This document shows, in pieces, positions 27,571 to 37,771 of a stretch of DNA of 64,000 nt. The stretch covers positions 64,001 through 128,000 of the forward strand of contig CAWJGT010000032.1 of assembly GCA_963842525.1 (NCBI GenBank), written 5' to 3'. The position numbers were made by a program, and so were the translations under genes. The stretch is from an uncultured Holophagales bacterium (GTDB lineage: Bacteria > Acidobacteriota > Thermoanaerobaculia > Multivoradales > UBA5704). Position 1 is the stretch's first letter. The number at the start of each line of letters is the position of its first letter. The notes below the pieces were generated by a model, which saw only the letters and a list, made by a program, of their open reading frames with translations, had not been told where the DNA came from and made no database searches.

Positions 27571-28294
27571 TCCGGCCGATCGGACATCTCTCTCTCGCCG
27601 CGACCTCTTCCGCCTGGGGCTGGTGGCGGGGTCGGCCACGCTCGCCTCGGCCTGCGGCTGGCGGGGCGGCCCCCTGGAGCCCCGGCTGCGCGCTTTCTCC
27701 CGGGTCAACGACTGGGTCGGAGAGAAGATCTTCCTCTCAAACAGCCGGGCCGCGCCGGAGTATCCGGTGTCGGCGCGGACACCGCCCCGCCACTTCCCGG
27801 CCTATACCCAGACCCGCGGTTTTCCGCGCCTGGAGGACCCTACTGCCTGGGCGCTCGAGGTGGGAGGGCTCGTCCGCGGCCCCCTGCGGCTCACCCTGGA
27901 GATGATTCAGGCCCTCCCACGGGTGACCTACACCGTCAAGCACCACTGTGTTGAGGGGTGGACCGCCATCGGCACCTGGACCGGGGCGCCGCTGTCGGCC
28001 TTGATCTCCATGGCGCAGCCGGCGGACGCGGCGCGCTACCTGCGCTTCGACTCCTTCGACAAGAAGTACTACAACGGCTGGGACCTGAAGAGCGCGATGC
28101 ACCCGCAGACGATCCTGGCCTACGCCTTCAACGACCGGCCCCTGGGAGTGGACCGGGGTGCGCCGCTGCGGCTGTACGCGCCGATCAAGCTCGGCTACAA
28201 GATGACCAAGTACCTCACGAGCATCACTTTCACCGCCGACCGCCCGGGCGGCTCCTGGGAGGACGCGGGGTACCCGTGGTTCGGGGGGATCTGA
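27563..28294 (+). CDS. Tat-exported molybdopterin oxidoreductase (sulfite oxidase/MsrP-like)
   Basis: 'SRRDLF' Tat motif, 'HHCVEGW', 'HPQTILAY', 'GAPLRL..P.KLGYKMTKY', 'WEDAGY'. Confidence 0.9.
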   Translation: MTDPADRTSLSRRDLFRLGLVAGSATLASACGWRGGPLEPRLRAFSRVNDWVGEKIFLSNSRAAPEYPVSARTPPRHFPAYTQTRGFPRLEDPTAWALEVGGLVRGPLRLTLEMIQALPRVTYTVKHHCVEGWTAIGTWTGAPLSALISMAQPADAARYLRFDSFDKKYYNGWDLKSAMHPQTILAYAFNDRPLGVDRGAPLRLYAPIKLGYKMTKYLTSITFTADRPGGSWEDAGYPWFGGI

Positions 28295-28305
28295 GCCTCC
28301 TGGAA

Positions 28306-28325
28306 AGCCCGGCTATACTTGGGCT
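28306..28325 (+). promoter_or_regulatory. -10 box inside a short palindrome, probable leaderless TA promoter/operator
   Basis: AGCCC-ggcTATACTt-GGGCT directly before ATG 28326, no SD. Confidence 0.55.
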
Positions 28326-28562
28326 ATGAAAGCCGCAGTCTCACTTCCCGATCCTTTGGCCGCAGCCGCCGACGAGTTGGCGAGGCGGTTGGGGATCTCC
28401 CGCAGCGAGCTTTTCACCGCGGCGGTCGAAGCCTTCCTGAGAAGCCATCGCCAGACGGGGGTCACCGAAAAGCTCAACCAAGTCTACCGGGAAGAGGAGT
28501 CGTCCCTCGACCCTGTGATGGCTGCCATTCAGTCGGCCTCCATTCCGCGTGACGAGTGGTGA
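28326..28562 (+). CDS. RHH antitoxin (MazE/ChpI-like)
   Basis: 'MKAAVSLPDPL...GISRSELF...VTEKLNQVY'; overlaps the toxin start. Confidence 0.85.
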   Translation: MKAAVSLPDPLAAAADELARRLGISRSELFTAAVEAFLRSHRQTGVTEKLNQVYREEESSLDPVMAAIQSASIPRDEW

Positions 28563-28900
28563 TTCGGCGGGGGGACATCTGGTGGGCCTCTCTGCCGGAG
28601 CCCCTGGGCTCTGAGCCAGGGGGACGTCGGCCCATCGTCATTGTGCAGGCCGACAGCTTCAACGAAAGCTCCATCCAGACGGTCCTCGCCGTCATCTTGA
28701 CGACCAATCTTCACCTTGCCGAGGCCCCCGGGAACGTGCTCCTTCGGAGCCGCCAGACCGGGCTGCCGAAAGACAGCGTCGCCAATGTGTCGCAGGTAGC
28801 CACTGTGGATCGGCGGTTTCTGACCGAATGTGTCGGCCGGCTCTCTGACCCCCTTCTCCAGCGCATCGAACAGGGATTACGCTTGGTTTTGGACCTCTAG
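28556..28900 (+). CDS. mazF: PemK/MazF endoribonuclease toxin
   Basis: 'RRGDIWWASL..P.GSEPGGRRP', 'TGLPKDSVANVSQ', 'GLRLVLDL'. Confidence 0.92.
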   Translation: MVIRRGDIWWASLPEPLGSEPGGRRPIVIVQADSFNESSIQTVLAVILTTNLHLAEAPGNVLLRSRQTGLPKDSVANVSQVATVDRRFLTECVGRLSDPLLQRIEQGLRLVLDL

Positions 28901-28940
28901 CTGCAGGATCAGGCGGCGAGGCTGTAGTACTCTCTACCGT

Positions 28941-30614
28941 ATGAGCCAGGGCCCTTCTGCCTGGGGGAGAACGCTCGTGGATCCACGCAAGCTCGGAACC
29001 CTGATCTTCGCGGCGGCCCTCGCCGTTGCCGCTCCCGCCTGCGCCGCGTCCGACCTCGGGAAGGTGGACTTCCCGACCTCTGGAGGGGCGGCGGCGCAGG
29101 AGCACTTCGTGCGCGGCGTGGCCGCCCTCCACAGCTTCTGGTATGACGAGGCAGCCGACGAGTTCCGCGCCGCCCAGAAGGCGGAGCCCGGCTTCGCCAT
29201 GGCGTACTGGGGCGAGGCCCTGACGTACAACCATCCAATCTGGAGCGAGCAGGATCTGGAGGCGGCCCGCGCCGCTCTCGCGCGTCTCGCGGCCACGCCG
29301 GAGCAGAGGGCGGCCAAGGCGCCGACCGAGCGGGAGCGGGCCTGGCTCGGCGCCGTCGAGGCCCTCTATGGCGAGGGAGATAAAGCCGAGCGCGACCGGG
29401 CCTACATGGAGGCTATGCGCCGGCTCTCCGAACGCTCGCCCGACGACCTCGAGGCCGCCAGCTTCTACGCCCTGTCGCTGATCGGGCCGGCCCTCATCGG
29501 CAACGGTGCCTTCGGCGAGCCGCGCGACCACATTCTCATGCGGGCTGCGGCGATCCTCGAGGAGCAACTCGACCGCAACCCGCAGCACCCCGGGGTTCTC
29601 CACTATCTGATCCACGCCTACGACGACCCGACGCATGCCCCGCTCGGCCTGCGCGCCGCCCGCACCTACGCCCAGGTCGCGCCGGCCGCGCACCATGCGC
29701 TGCACATGCCGTCGCACATCTTCGTGCAGCTCGGGCGCTGGGCGGAGGTCGCCGCGTCGAACGAGGCCTCCTGGGCCGCGTCGGTGGCCTGGACGGAGCA
29801 GCGCAAGCTCCCTCTCGACAAGCGCGACTTCCACAGCCTCGGCTGGCTCGCCTACGCCTATCTCCAGCAGGGCCGGTACGGAAAGGCCGGAGAGGTGCTG
29901 GAGATCGCCCGGCAGGCGGCACAGGAGAGCGGGAGCCAGCGGATCGCGACCTCCCTGGAGTCCATGGAGGCCCGGCAACTGGTCGAGACGCGAGCCTGGG
30001 GCGAGGCGGAGCTGCCGGCCGGTGTGACCGAGGGCGCGGCCGGGGCCGAGGGCATGCACTGCGGAGGCCACTCCGGAGAGAACGGCGCCATGGTGTTCGC
30101 GGCCGGCCTGGCCGCGGCGCGGCGCGGTGACGTGGCCGCGGCCGAGGCGGCGATCGCCCGGCTGCGGACACTTCCCAAGGGAGGCCCGCGGGGGTACGGC
30201 AGCGACGCGGTCGGGGTGATGGAGAAGGAGATCTCGGCCATGGTCCTGCTGGCCCGCGGGCGCTCCGCCGAAGCCCTGGAGCAACTCGCCGAAGCGGCCC
30301 GGGCCGAGGAGGCCATGCCCCCACCCTCGGGTCCGCCGGACCTCCTCAAGCCGGCGCTCGAGCTCTACGGCGAGGTCCTGCTCGAGCAGGGCCGGGCTGC
30401 CGAGGCGATCCAGCAGCTCGAGCGGTCGCTGCTGCGCATGCCGAACCGCGCCGCCTCGCTCCTGGGAGCCGCCCGGGCCGCCGCCCGCCTCGGCCGGACC
30501 GAGGAGGCACGGGCGCACTACACCACCCTGGCCGAGATCTGGCGCCAGGCCGACGCCGGCCTGCCCGATCTGGCGGAGGTCCGGAGCTTCCTGGCCAGCC
30601 GCCCGGCGCGGTGA
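28941..30614 (+). CDS. Secreted TPR protein
   Basis: 'GKVDFPTS..AQEHFVRGVAALHSFWY', 'HPGVLHYLIHAYD', 'HALHMPSHIF'; start may be 28977. Confidence 0.8.
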   Translation: MSQGPSAWGRTLVDPRKLGTLIFAAALAVAAPACAASDLGKVDFPTSGGAAAQEHFVRGVAALHSFWYDEAADEFRAAQKAEPGFAMAYWGEALTYNHPIWSEQDLEAARAALARLAATPEQRAAKAPTERERAWLGAVEALYGEGDKAERDRAYMEAMRRLSERSPDDLEAASFYALSLIGPALIGNGAFGEPRDHILMRAAAILEEQLDRNPQHPGVLHYLIHAYDDPTHAPLGLRAARTYAQVAPAAHHALHMPSHIFVQLGRWAEVAASNEASWAASVAWTEQRKLPLDKRDFHSLGWLAYAYLQQGRYGKAGEVLEIARQAAQESGSQRIATSLESMEARQLVETRAWGEAELPAGVTEGAAGAEGMHCGGHSGENGAMVFAAGLAAARRGDVAAAEAAIARLRTLPKGGPRGYGSDAVGVMEKEISAMVLLARGRSAEALEQLAEAARAEEAMPPPSGPPDLLKPALELYGEVLLEQGRAAEAIQQLERSLLRMPNRAASLLGAARAAARLGRTEEARAHYTTLAEIWRQADAGLPDLAEVRSFLASRPAR

Positions 30615-30632
30615 CCCGCGGCGCCCCGGCAG

Positions 30633-30818
30633 TCACCGCGAGATCCGGCGGAAGGCCGAGATCGCGCGCAGGGCGGCGAGTTGGGCTAGGGGGACGGCGA
30701 TCAGGTACGCCGCGGTCTCGCCGCCGACCGCCCAGCCGCCGCCCTGCAGCCATCGGGCCACCGCCCAGCCGGCGGTCCAGGTCACCGTCAACAACAGCCA
30801 GATCAGCAGCCAGCGCAT
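30633..30818 (-). CDS. Small two-TM membrane protein
   Basis: GGAGA RBS, MRWLLIWLLLTVTW..., 61 aa. Confidence 0.55.
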   Translation of the reverse strand: MRWLLIWLLLTVTWTAGWAVARWLQGGGWAVGGETAAYLIAVPLAQLAALRAISAFRRISR

Positions 30819-30881
30819 CGGATCTCCCCAGGTCCGGCCGATCCTACCGGGGAAGGCTCCCGCGGGGATAGGATCTCCACC

Positions 30882-31574
30882 ATGGAGAGAGAGGCCCTGG
30901 ACCGCGACCCCACCTGGAAGCTGCTGCGGCTGCTGTTCAAGCCCCACCCCTGGCACGGCGTGGCCATCGGCCCGGACGCTCCCGGCGTGGTGGCCGTCTA
31001 CGTCGAGATCGTTCCCACCGACACGGTCAAATACGAGATCGACAAGCCGAGCGGCCATCTCAAGGTCGACCGGCCTCAGAAGTACTCCAACGTCTGCCCG
31101 ACCCTCTACGGGTTCATCCCTCAGACCTACTGCGGTGGGCAGGTGGCCGCCCTCTCGCAGGGCCGGACCGGGCGCCCGACGGTCCGCGGCGACGGCGATC
31201 CCCTGGACATCTGCGTCCTCAGCGAAAAGGCGTTCACCCACGGCGACTTCCTGCTGCGGGCGGCGCCGATCGGAGGCCTGCGGCTGATCGACAACGACGA
31301 GGCGGACGACAAGATCATCGCCGTCCTTCAGGGGGATGTCGCCTTCGGCCACCTCCGCGAGATCGAGGACCTCCCCGCCGCGCAGATCGAGCGCCTGAAG
31401 CACTACTTCCTCACCTACAAGCTCGCTCCCGGAGAGGAGCGGAGCCAGGTCGAGGTCACCCACGTCTACGGCCGGGCGGAGGCCTGTGAGGTGATCGAGA
31501 GGAGCCGCGAGGACTACCGGGAGCTGTTCCCGGACCTCGAGGAGCGGTTCCTCCAGGTCCTGCGGCACGAGTGA
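30882..31574 (+). CDS. ppa: Inorganic pyrophosphatase (family I)
   Basis: 'HPWHG', 'KYEIDK', 'YGFIPQT', 'DGDPLDICVL', 'DDKIIAV', 'HYFLTYK'. Confidence 0.93.
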   Translation: MEREALDRDPTWKLLRLLFKPHPWHGVAIGPDAPGVVAVYVEIVPTDTVKYEIDKPSGHLKVDRPQKYSNVCPTLYGFIPQTYCGGQVAALSQGRTGRPTVRGDGDPLDICVLSEKAFTHGDFLLRAAPIGGLRLIDNDEADDKIIAVLQGDVAFGHLREIEDLPAAQIERLKHYFLTYKLAPGEERSQVEVTHVYGRAEACEVIERSREDYRELFPDLEERFLQVLRHE

Positions 31575-31581
31575 GCCCCTG

Positions 31582-31612
31582 AAAAAACAAAACCCGGGGA
31601 TTTCTCCCCGGG
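31582..31612 (-). terminator. Intrinsic terminator with U-tract on the minus strand
   Basis: CCCGGGGA-GAAA-TCCCCGGG followed by TTTTGTTTTTT on the minus strand. Confidence 0.75.
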
Positions 31613-31790
31613 CCGTTGGCGACTGCGCCTTTACTGCGCCCTACCGCGCTTCAAAACAGCTCCATCAGATAAGAACCAGTACTCCCTCCAAACCGAAGCA
31701 ACAGATCAATGGATTCAAAGAGGCGCGAGCCCAACGGCCCGACCCGCACGCAGAGTAGCCTGAACTCTCCAAAACGTCCTCACTGGAGGG

Positions 31791-31850
31791 CTAAAACTTC
31801 CTCAAAAAATCTCAAAACAGGCGTACAATCGTCTCAAAGAACCGGCTCAG
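31791..31850. promoter_or_regulatory. Phased CTCAAA direct repeats, candidate winged-helix operator
   Basis: CTAAAA 31791, CTCAAAA 31801, CTCAAAA 31811, CTCAAAG 31833, roughly helical-turn spacing. Confidence 0.5.
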
Positions 31851-31924
31851 GGAGAGCTCCTCGTCGGGTTTCCCTCCTCGGAGAAGGTGGTCGCTGGCGG
31901 TAGCGCCGGCATGTAATACGAAAA

Positions 31925-34900
31925 ATGAGCGTCGCTCCAGTTCCTCCCGAAAAGCGCTTTTACCGTTTCGACGGGTACGTCGTCGATCCGGTCCGGCGCC
32001 TCTTGCTGTGTGATGGCAAGCCTGTCGCCATCACACCCAAGGCTTTCTCCATCCTCCTGGCCCTGATCGACCGGCACGGCGAGGTGGTGGAGAAGAGGGG
32101 GCTGATCCAGCGGGTGTGGCCGGACAGTTTCGTCACCGAGGCGAACCTCACCCAGAACATCTCCTCCCTGCGTAAGGCGCTCGGAGAGCGGGCCGGGGAG
32201 CACCGCTACATCCTGACCGTGCCCGGCCAGGGGTACTCCTTTGCGGCGGAAGCCTTCGAGGTGGTCGAGGTGGAGGCCGCGGAGCCCGAGCCGGCCGAAG
32301 CCCCCAGCGCGCCGGAGAGCGCGCCGGAGGACGACCCGCCGGAGGAGATCCTCGCCCCGGAGCCTGTCGCCGCCCCGAGCACCCCGGCCAGCACTCCGAT
32401 CCAAGCTCCGGCCCGCCGCCGGAGACCCTGGGCCGTGGCGGCCCTGCTGGTGGGCGCCCTGGCGCTCGGAGCGGCCTTGGCGGTGCTCGCGACCTGGCGC
32501 GACGGGCCGGTCCCGGCTGCCGGGCGCGACGAGGCGGGACCGGGGTCGCGGCGCCGCGCGGTCGCCGTGCTGACCTTCCGCAACAGCTCGGGCGACCGGT
32601 TCCTCGAGTGGCTCGGTCCCGCACTGACCGACATGATCAGGACGGATCTGGCGGCAGGGGCCGGCCTGCGGGTGATCTCGGGGCAGGAGGTGACGCACGC
32701 CGGAATGGCGCTGTCGGGCCCCGAGGCCAGACCCGGGGTTGCGAAGACGTTGGAGGCGCTGCGCACCCGGTTCGGCGTGGACCTCGTCGTCGAGGGCTCG
32801 TTCGTGTCCCTCTCCCTGCCGCTCGGCGAGCGCCAGCTCCGCCTGGACCTCAGGGTCGTGAACCTCCGGAGCGGCGAGGTGGAGGCCTCGATGAACGAGA
32901 CCGGGAGCTACTCCCAACTGCTCGATCTGGTGACGCGGGCCAGCGAGAGGCTTCGCGACGCCCTGGAGATCGAGCAGCTCTCGCCGGAGGGCCTGCGGGC
33001 GGCACGCGCCGCGCATTCGACCAGCACCGAGGCGACGCGCCTTCACACCCAGGCACGGGAGTTCCTGCGGGCCTCGAACCCCGCGGCAGCGCTCCTGCTC
33101 CTGGAACGAGCGGTCCAGGCCGATCCGGGCTCGGCACTGATCCGCTCCACCCTCTCGCGCGCCTGGTCGGAGCTCGGCTACGAGGGGCGGGCCGCCGCCG
33201 AAGCCCGCGCGGCCATGGCGCGCTCCCGTTCTCTGCCCATGGCCGAAAAGCTCGCGGTCGAAGGCTGGTCGCATGAAGCGGCCAAGGACTGGCCGCAGGC
33301 GACCGAGGCCTACCGCTCGCTGTGGACCTATTTCCCGGACGACGTCGAATACGGCCTGCGACTGGCCCAGGTCCTCACCATGGGAGGGCGTGCGGCGGAG
33401 GCGCTCCAGGCGCTGGCAGAGCTGCGCAAGCTCGACCCGCCGGACAGCGAGGACCCGCGGATCGACATCGCGGAGGCCTCTGCCGCCCAGCGGCTCCCCG
33501 ATCCCAACCGGCAACTGAGGGTCGCCCAGGCCGCCGAGGCCAAGGGCCGGCGCCGGGGCGAGGACCTCGTCGTCGGCCAGGCTCTCCTGCTCCAGGGGTC
33601 GGCGCATATGGACGCCGGCAGGATGAACGAGGCCGCCGTCGCATTCCAGCAGGCGAAAGAGATCCATCAGAGAGTCGGCGACCGCTGGGGTATTGCCCGG
33701 TCTCTGATGTACCTCGGGGTCCTTCGACACCGCCTGGGGTACCTCGACCTCGCCGGGGAGTCCCACCTGAACGCGTTGAAGATTGCGAAGGAGCTCGACA
33801 ATGCTCGCGGCATCGCCGTCGAGCTCGCCAATCTCGGTTGGCTGTACCACGACCGGGGAGACCTGACCCAAGCCCAGCGTTATCTCGAGAGGTCTCAGGC
33901 CAAGCTTGCCGAGATCGGGGACCGGCTGACGGAGCAGCGGATCATCGTCCTGATCGCAGCCATCCTCACCGCCCGCGGCAATCTCGACGCCGCCGCGACC
34001 CGGCTCGACCAGGCGCTGGTGATGAGCCGCAAGGTCGGCAGCCGCTTCGACGAGGCGGGGGCGCTCGCGGACCTGGGGAGTGTGGCCGCGGCACAAGGCC
34101 GCCTGAAGGAAGCTCTGCGCCGTCACGAGGAGGCCCTCCGGATCTTCCGCGAGTTGGGCAGCTCGACCGTCTCCAACTTACTTTGGAAGTCGGGCGACGT
34201 CCTGGTCAGCCTCGGTGAGCTCGCCGCGGCACGGGAGAGGTACGATCAGGCGCTCGCCGCCAAGCGGGAGGAGGGCGATCGGATCGGCGCCGGCCGCGTC
34301 CTAGGCTCTCTCGCCCGGCTGGCGTTCTATACGGGAGACCTCGCGTCGGCGCGGGCGTGGAGCGCAGAGCTGCTCCAGATCGCGCGAGCCACCGGAGCCC
34401 GCTCGCTCGAGGCCCGCGCCCTCAAGGAGATGGGCCGGGTCGACCTGGCGACGGAACCGGCCAGCCCCCGCGCGCAGCAACGGCTGGAAATGTCTCTGCG
34501 GATGAGCCTCCAGATGGAAGAGACGCTGACCGCGGAGGAGACCCGGCTCGACCTGGCACGCGTGTTCGAGGCCCAGGGAAAGGTCGCCGAGGCGCTGCGG
34601 ATCACGGGGGAGGTCGCCGCCTGGTCCCGCACCCGGAGGATTCCCGCCTGGGAAGCACGGGCCCTGGAGGCCCGCGCCCGGATGCTCCTCGGCCGGGGAG
34701 ACCTCGACGGGGCCGTGACAGTGGCCGTCCGGCTCCGCGAGCTGGTCCGCACCTACAGCGAGGACCGCCTGCTGCGCGCCCTCGTGACGCCGGCGCTGGC
34801 GCGCGTCCAGGCCGCGCAGGGCGATCTGGAGGGAGCCCGGGGTGAGCTGCGGCAGGCCTTCGCGGAGGCCGCGAAGCTGGGGATCGTGCCGGCGTCTCTG

Positions 34901-35038
34901 GAGGCGCGCCGGGCCCTGGGCGAAATCGAGCTGGCGCACGGAGACCGCGAGAAAGCCCTCCGGGACCTCGACGGGGTCCGGCAAGAGGCCGAGTCCCGCG
35001 GCTTCCACGGGCCGGTGCAGAAGGAAGCAGGACGCTGA
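31925..35038 (+). CDS. OmpR/CadC-type winged-helix regulator with TM, TolB-N-like and TPR domains
   Basis: 'YRFDGYVVD', '[10 protein letters not shown]', '[17 protein letters not shown]', 'TVPGQGY', TM, 'AVAVLTFRN', TPRs. Confidence 0.88.
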   Translation: MSVAPVPPEKRFYRFDGYVVDPVRRLLLCDGKPVAITPKAFSILLALIDRHGEVVEKRGLIQRVWPDSFVTEANLTQNISSLRKALGERAGEHRYILTVPGQGYSFAAEAFEVVEVEAAEPEPAEAPSAPESAPEDDPPEEILAPEPVAAPSTPASTPIQAPARRRRPWAVAALLVGALALGAALAVLATWRDGPVPAAGRDEAGPGSRRRAVAVLTFRNSSGDRFLEWLGPALTDMIRTDLAAGAGLRVISGQEVTHAGMALSGPEARPGVAKTLEALRTRFGVDLVVEGSFVSLSLPLGERQLRLDLRVVNLRSGEVEASMNETGSYSQLLDLVTRASERLRDALEIEQLSPEGLRAARAAHSTSTEATRLHTQAREFLRASNPAAALLLLERAVQADPGSALIRSTLSRAWSELGYEGRAAAEARAAMARSRSLPMAEKLAVEGWSHEAAKDWPQATEAYRSLWTYFPDDVEYGLRLAQVLTMGGRAAEALQALAELRKLDPPDSEDPRIDIAEASAAQRLPDPNRQLRVAQAAEAKGRRRGEDLVVGQALLLQGSAHMDAGRMNEAAVAFQQAKEIHQRVGDRWGIARSLMYLGVLRHRLGYLDLAGESHLNALKIAKELDNARGIAVELANLGWLYHDRGDLTQAQRYLERSQAKLAEIGDRLTEQRIIVLIAAILTARGNLDAAATRLDQALVMSRKVGSRFDEAGALADLGSVAAAQGRLKEALRRHEEALRIFRELGSSTVSNLLWKSGDVLVSLGELAAARERYDQALAAKREEGDRIGAGRVLGSLARLAFYTGDLASARAWSAELLQIARATGARSLEARALKEMGRVDLATEPASPRAQQRLEMSLRMSLQMEETLTAEETRLDLARVFEAQGKVAEALRITGEVAAWSRTRRIPAWEARALEARARMLLGRGDLDGAVTVAVRLRELVRTYSEDRLLRALVTPALARVQAAQGDLEGARGELRQAFAEAAKLGIVPASLEARRALGEIELAHGDREKALRDLDGVRQEAESRGFHGPVQKEAGR

Positions 35039-35040
35039 CC

Positions 35041-37767
35041 GTGATCGGACATTCCGGGAGTGATCTCTATGAATTCGACGAGTACCGCGTCGATCCGCTC
35101 AAGCGGCGGCTGTTGCGTGGCCGCGAGGTCGTCCCGCTCACGCCCAAGGCCTTTTCCATCCTCTTGGTGCTGCTCGAGAACCGCGGCCAGATGGTGGAGA
35201 AGAAGGACCTCGTCGCAAAGGTCTGGGCCGACTCCTACGTCACCGAGGCCAACCTGACCCAGAACATCTCGTCCCTGCGCAAGGCGCTGGGCGAGCGCGC
35301 GGGCGAGGCTCGCTATGTCGTCACCATCCCCGGCCGGGGCTACTGCTTCACAGCGGACGTCGCGCTGGTAGACCGGGAGCCGACCGGGTCCTTCCAGATC
35401 CCGGTGTTCCCCCCGGCGCCGTCCCTCGACGACACGCTGTCCCGGCTGCCGGAGCCGGCCGTCCTCCCGGAGCCAGGCCGCGTCCGGCGTCGCCGGCTCT
35501 GGCTGGTCTCGATCCTCGTCCTCGCTCTCGCGGGGGTGACGGGAGCGGCCTATCTTCTTCTCCAGGACCGGCAGCCTGCGGAGACTCCCGAACAAGCCGG
35601 CACGGCCCAGCCGCGCCGCTGGGCCGTTGCCGTGCTGGGCTTCCGCAACCTCTCCGGGAACCGCTCGGTGGACTGGCTCGCCGACGCCCTGACCGAGATG
35701 CTGACCACCGAGCTGGCCGCCGGCTCCCAGGTGCGGGTGGTCGCCGGCGAAAACGTCGAGCAGGTGCGGCAGTCCCTGTCGCCGCAACAGGCGGACTCCC
35801 TGGCCAGGCAGGACCTGGAGCGGCTGTACTCGCGGCTCGGCGCGGACATGGTCGTGACCGGCTCCTACATTGTGCTGCCGGCCGGAAGCAGCCGCCGCAT
35901 CCGCCTCGACCTGCGCATCCTGAAGCTCCCCTCGGGCGAGGCCGCGACCATCCCGGCCCAGGTGGCCGACGAGGCGGCGCTGTTCGACCTCGTCTCCCGG
36001 TCGGGAGCGGAGCTGCGGCTGGCACTGGGCGTCTCGGACCTCTCGCCGGCGCAGCAGCAGGAGGCGCGCGCCCTCCATCCCGCGACGGCCGAGGCGGCCC
36101 GCCTCTACACCCAGGGCCTGGCGCGGCTGCACAGCTCCGATCCCCTGGCAGCCCAGGACCTGCTCCTGCAGGCGGTCGAAAGGGACCCGAATTCAGCGTC
36201 GATCCATTCGGCGCTGGCCGAGGTCTGGTCCACGATCGGCTACGACGCCCGGGCGATGGAGGAGGCGCGCAAGGCTGTGGAGCTTTCCAAGCTCCTCGCC
36301 CGCGAGGAGCAACTGGCCATCAAGGCGCGCTTCGAGGAAGTCAGCAAGCATTGGGCCGAGGCCGCCCGGTTGTACCGCTCCCTCTGGACCTTCTTTCCCG
36401 ATGACCTCGAGCTCGGGCTCCACCTGGCGCTCAACCTGTCGTTGGCCGGACGGGGAGCCGAGGCCCTGCAGATCCTCGCCGAGCTGCGCCAATTGCCGCC
36501 GCCCGCCGGCGAGGACGCCCGGATCGATCTGACCGAGGCGCGGACGGCCCTGCGCCTGTCCGACTTCGTCCGCGTGCGCCAAGCGGCCAAGGCCGCCGCT
36601 GAGAAGGCCAGCCGCTCGGGTGCGACGACAATCCTGGTGCAGGCTCTCGCCTATGAAGGGGACGTGCTCCGCCAGGAGGGCCACAGAGAGCAGGCCGTCA
36701 TGATCCTCCGGAAAGCCCGAGACCTGGCGCGGGAAGCAAGGAATCCGTTCACCCTGGGCATGGCCTTGTCCATCCTCGGTCGCGCCCTGCAGAGCACGGG
36801 CGACATCGACGGGGCCATGGAGGCCCAGACGGAGGCTCTGGAGATCGCCCACCAGATCGGCAGCCTCCTCGGGATTGCGTCCCAGACCCAGATGCTGGGG
36901 GAGCTGTACCGGAGCCGTGGCAGCTTCGACAGAGCCTTGTCACTGCTGGAGAAGAGCCTCGCGGCCTTTGGCGAGATCGACGACCTGTGGCGGCAGGCCG
37001 GGATCCTGCGGGTGATCGGCTCACTCTTGTCCCTCCGGGGCGACCTGAAGGGCGCGCAGCGGCGGTTCGAGCAATCGGTCGACATCGCCCTCAAAATGGG
37101 GAACCGTCTCGAAGAGGCGAATGCCCGGGCAGCGCTGGGCTCGACCCTGGTCCGGCAAGGGGGCCTCGCGGGGGGCCGGCGCGAGCTCCAGAAAGCCCTG
37201 GAGCTCCTGCGGGATGCGAAACAGGGGGCCGCGGCGGCGGATGCAACGTCGAACATCCACCTCGAGCTGGCCCGGCTGAGCCTCGCCGAAGGCGATCCGT
37301 CGACCGCATCCAGGCTCGCGCGGGAGGTCACCCTCCAGACCGGCGCCGCCACCGAACCGGGAACGCGGGCCAGGGCTCTCGCCCTCCTCGCCGAGGCCCT
37401 CCTGCGGCAGCGAGACTTGTCGAAGGCCCGCGAGGCCGCGGACCAGGCCCGGGCCATCATGGACAAGGGTAAGGATATCGAGCTGCGCCTCGCGCTCGCT
37501 CCGGCGCTGGCACGGGTCGATGCTGCCGTCGGCGCGGCGGAGAAGGCGATCTCCGATCTCCGGCAGGCGCTCGGCGAGGCCGAGAAGGGGGGCCTCCTGC
37601 AGTCTGTCTTCGAGCTCCGGCTCGCCCTCGGCCAGATCCAGCTCGGTCAGCTCGGTCGGGGCAACCCGGCCGCGGGCCGCTCCACCCTGCAAGCCCTGCG
37701 AGAAGAGGCCGCCTCCCGCGGCTATCGGACGCTGGAGCGAGAGGCCGCCGCGGCGCTGAAGGAGTGA
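35041..37767 (+). CDS. Paralogous winged-helix - TM - TPR regulator
   Basis: Same architecture and near-identical wHTH motifs as the upstream gene. Confidence 0.88.
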   Translation: MIGHSGSDLYEFDEYRVDPLKRRLLRGREVVPLTPKAFSILLVLLENRGQMVEKKDLVAKVWADSYVTEANLTQNISSLRKALGERAGEARYVVTIPGRGYCFTADVALVDREPTGSFQIPVFPPAPSLDDTLSRLPEPAVLPEPGRVRRRRLWLVSILVLALAGVTGAAYLLLQDRQPAETPEQAGTAQPRRWAVAVLGFRNLSGNRSVDWLADALTEMLTTELAAGSQVRVVAGENVEQVRQSLSPQQADSLARQDLERLYSRLGADMVVTGSYIVLPAGSSRRIRLDLRILKLPSGEAATIPAQVADEAALFDLVSRSGAELRLALGVSDLSPAQQQEARALHPATAEAARLYTQGLARLHSSDPLAAQDLLLQAVERDPNSASIHSALAEVWSTIGYDARAMEEARKAVELSKLLAREEQLAIKARFEEVSKHWAEAARLYRSLWTFFPDDLELGLHLALNLSLAGRGAEALQILAELRQLPPPAGEDARIDLTEARTALRLSDFVRVRQAAKAAAEKASRSGATTILVQALAYEGDVLRQEGHREQAVMILRKARDLAREARNPFTLGMALSILGRALQSTGDIDGAMEAQTEALEIAHQIGSLLGIASQTQMLGELYRSRGSFDRALSLLEKSLAAFGEIDDLWRQAGILRVIGSLLSLRGDLKGAQRRFEQSVDIALKMGNRLEEANARAALGSTLVRQGGLAGGRRELQKALELLRDAKQGAAAADATSNIHLELARLSLAEGDPSTASRLAREVTLQTGAATEPGTRARALALLAEALLRQRDLSKAREAADQARAIMDKGKDIELRLALAPALARVDAAVGAAEKAISDLRQALGEAEKGGLLQSVFELRLALGQIQLGQLGRGNPAAGRSTLQALREEAASRGYRTLEREAAAALKE

Positions 37768-37771
37768 GGCC

